Origin: Phaeosaccion multiseriatum
Lineage: Eukaryota; Protista; Ochrophyta, other classes
Direction of reading: 5' to 3'
NCBI GenBank assembly: GCA_965112735.1
Contig: OZ218958.1
Location: 3,472,001-3,536,000 of the forward strand
Length of the DNA: 64,000 nt
Below, piece after piece: positions 63,727 through 64,000 of this stretch. A program made the position numbers and the translations under genes. Positions within the stretch are counted from its first letter, which is position 1; each line of letters starts with the position of its first letter. The notes under the pieces were generated by a model. The model was not told where the DNA came from, searched no databases, and worked only from the letters and a program-made list of their open reading frames with translations.

Positions 63727-63985
63727 CCTCACTCGTCCCGCTGGCCCACAATGCTCCCTCATCCCCCTCGTCACTCTCATCCTCCCTCTGGCTCTGTCCG
63801 CCACCTCTCTGCCTCTGTCTTCTTCTCCCTTCCCTCTGCCTCTGTCTTCCACCTCGTTCCTCATCGTCGCTACGGCTGCTGCTCCTCCAGCGAGAAGATG
63901 CTGCCCCCCCCGGGGCACTGTGTCCTCGTTGCCTACGCTGCCTCCGTATCACCAACTGCTGCTGCTGCGACAACGCGAGGTCCAC
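63167..63985 (-). CDS. Hypothetical charged/coiled-coil protein, possibly 5' partial
   Basis: 272-codon ORF with a helical segment EAERRAKVLDEYAEHLTKASRIKEKQLHTLTHWRDRL; no family recognised. Confidence 0.4.
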
Positions 63986-64000
63986 GAGGAGCGTTCGAGC

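Overview
Eukaryotic nuclear DNA, GC-rich, with many GT-AG introns packed with micro- and minisatellites. It is most consistent with a flagellated, plastid-bearing stramenopile alga (inference from signal peptide + 'AF' bipartite-like N-termini and a tectonic gene). Positions 1-54.3 kb hold mostly intron-rich genes: calcyclin-binding protein (5' partial), pirin, NDUFAF6, a small putative plastid protein, syntaxin, an ankyrin protein, PH-EF-X/Y-C2 phospholipase C, serine carboxypeptidase S10, a low-complexity protein, Ran, an intronless membrane protein, tectonic and CCDC130/YJU2B. Positions 54.3-64 kb are a different, apparently intronless island of repeat-domain genes and relics: an intact FNIP-type LRR gene with hypervariable codons, two FNIP fragments bracketing the island, an F-box-like/ankyrin gene, ankyrin and TPR relics, and a double-Tudor/AT-hook gene. 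Other signals are a 13-nt microexon that looks like a CA microsatellite, a 16-bp motif dispersed eight times, and a small TIR element. Most ORF-track entries are low-complexity artefacts. Exon boundaries were read by eye and family calls come from motif recognition, not database searches.
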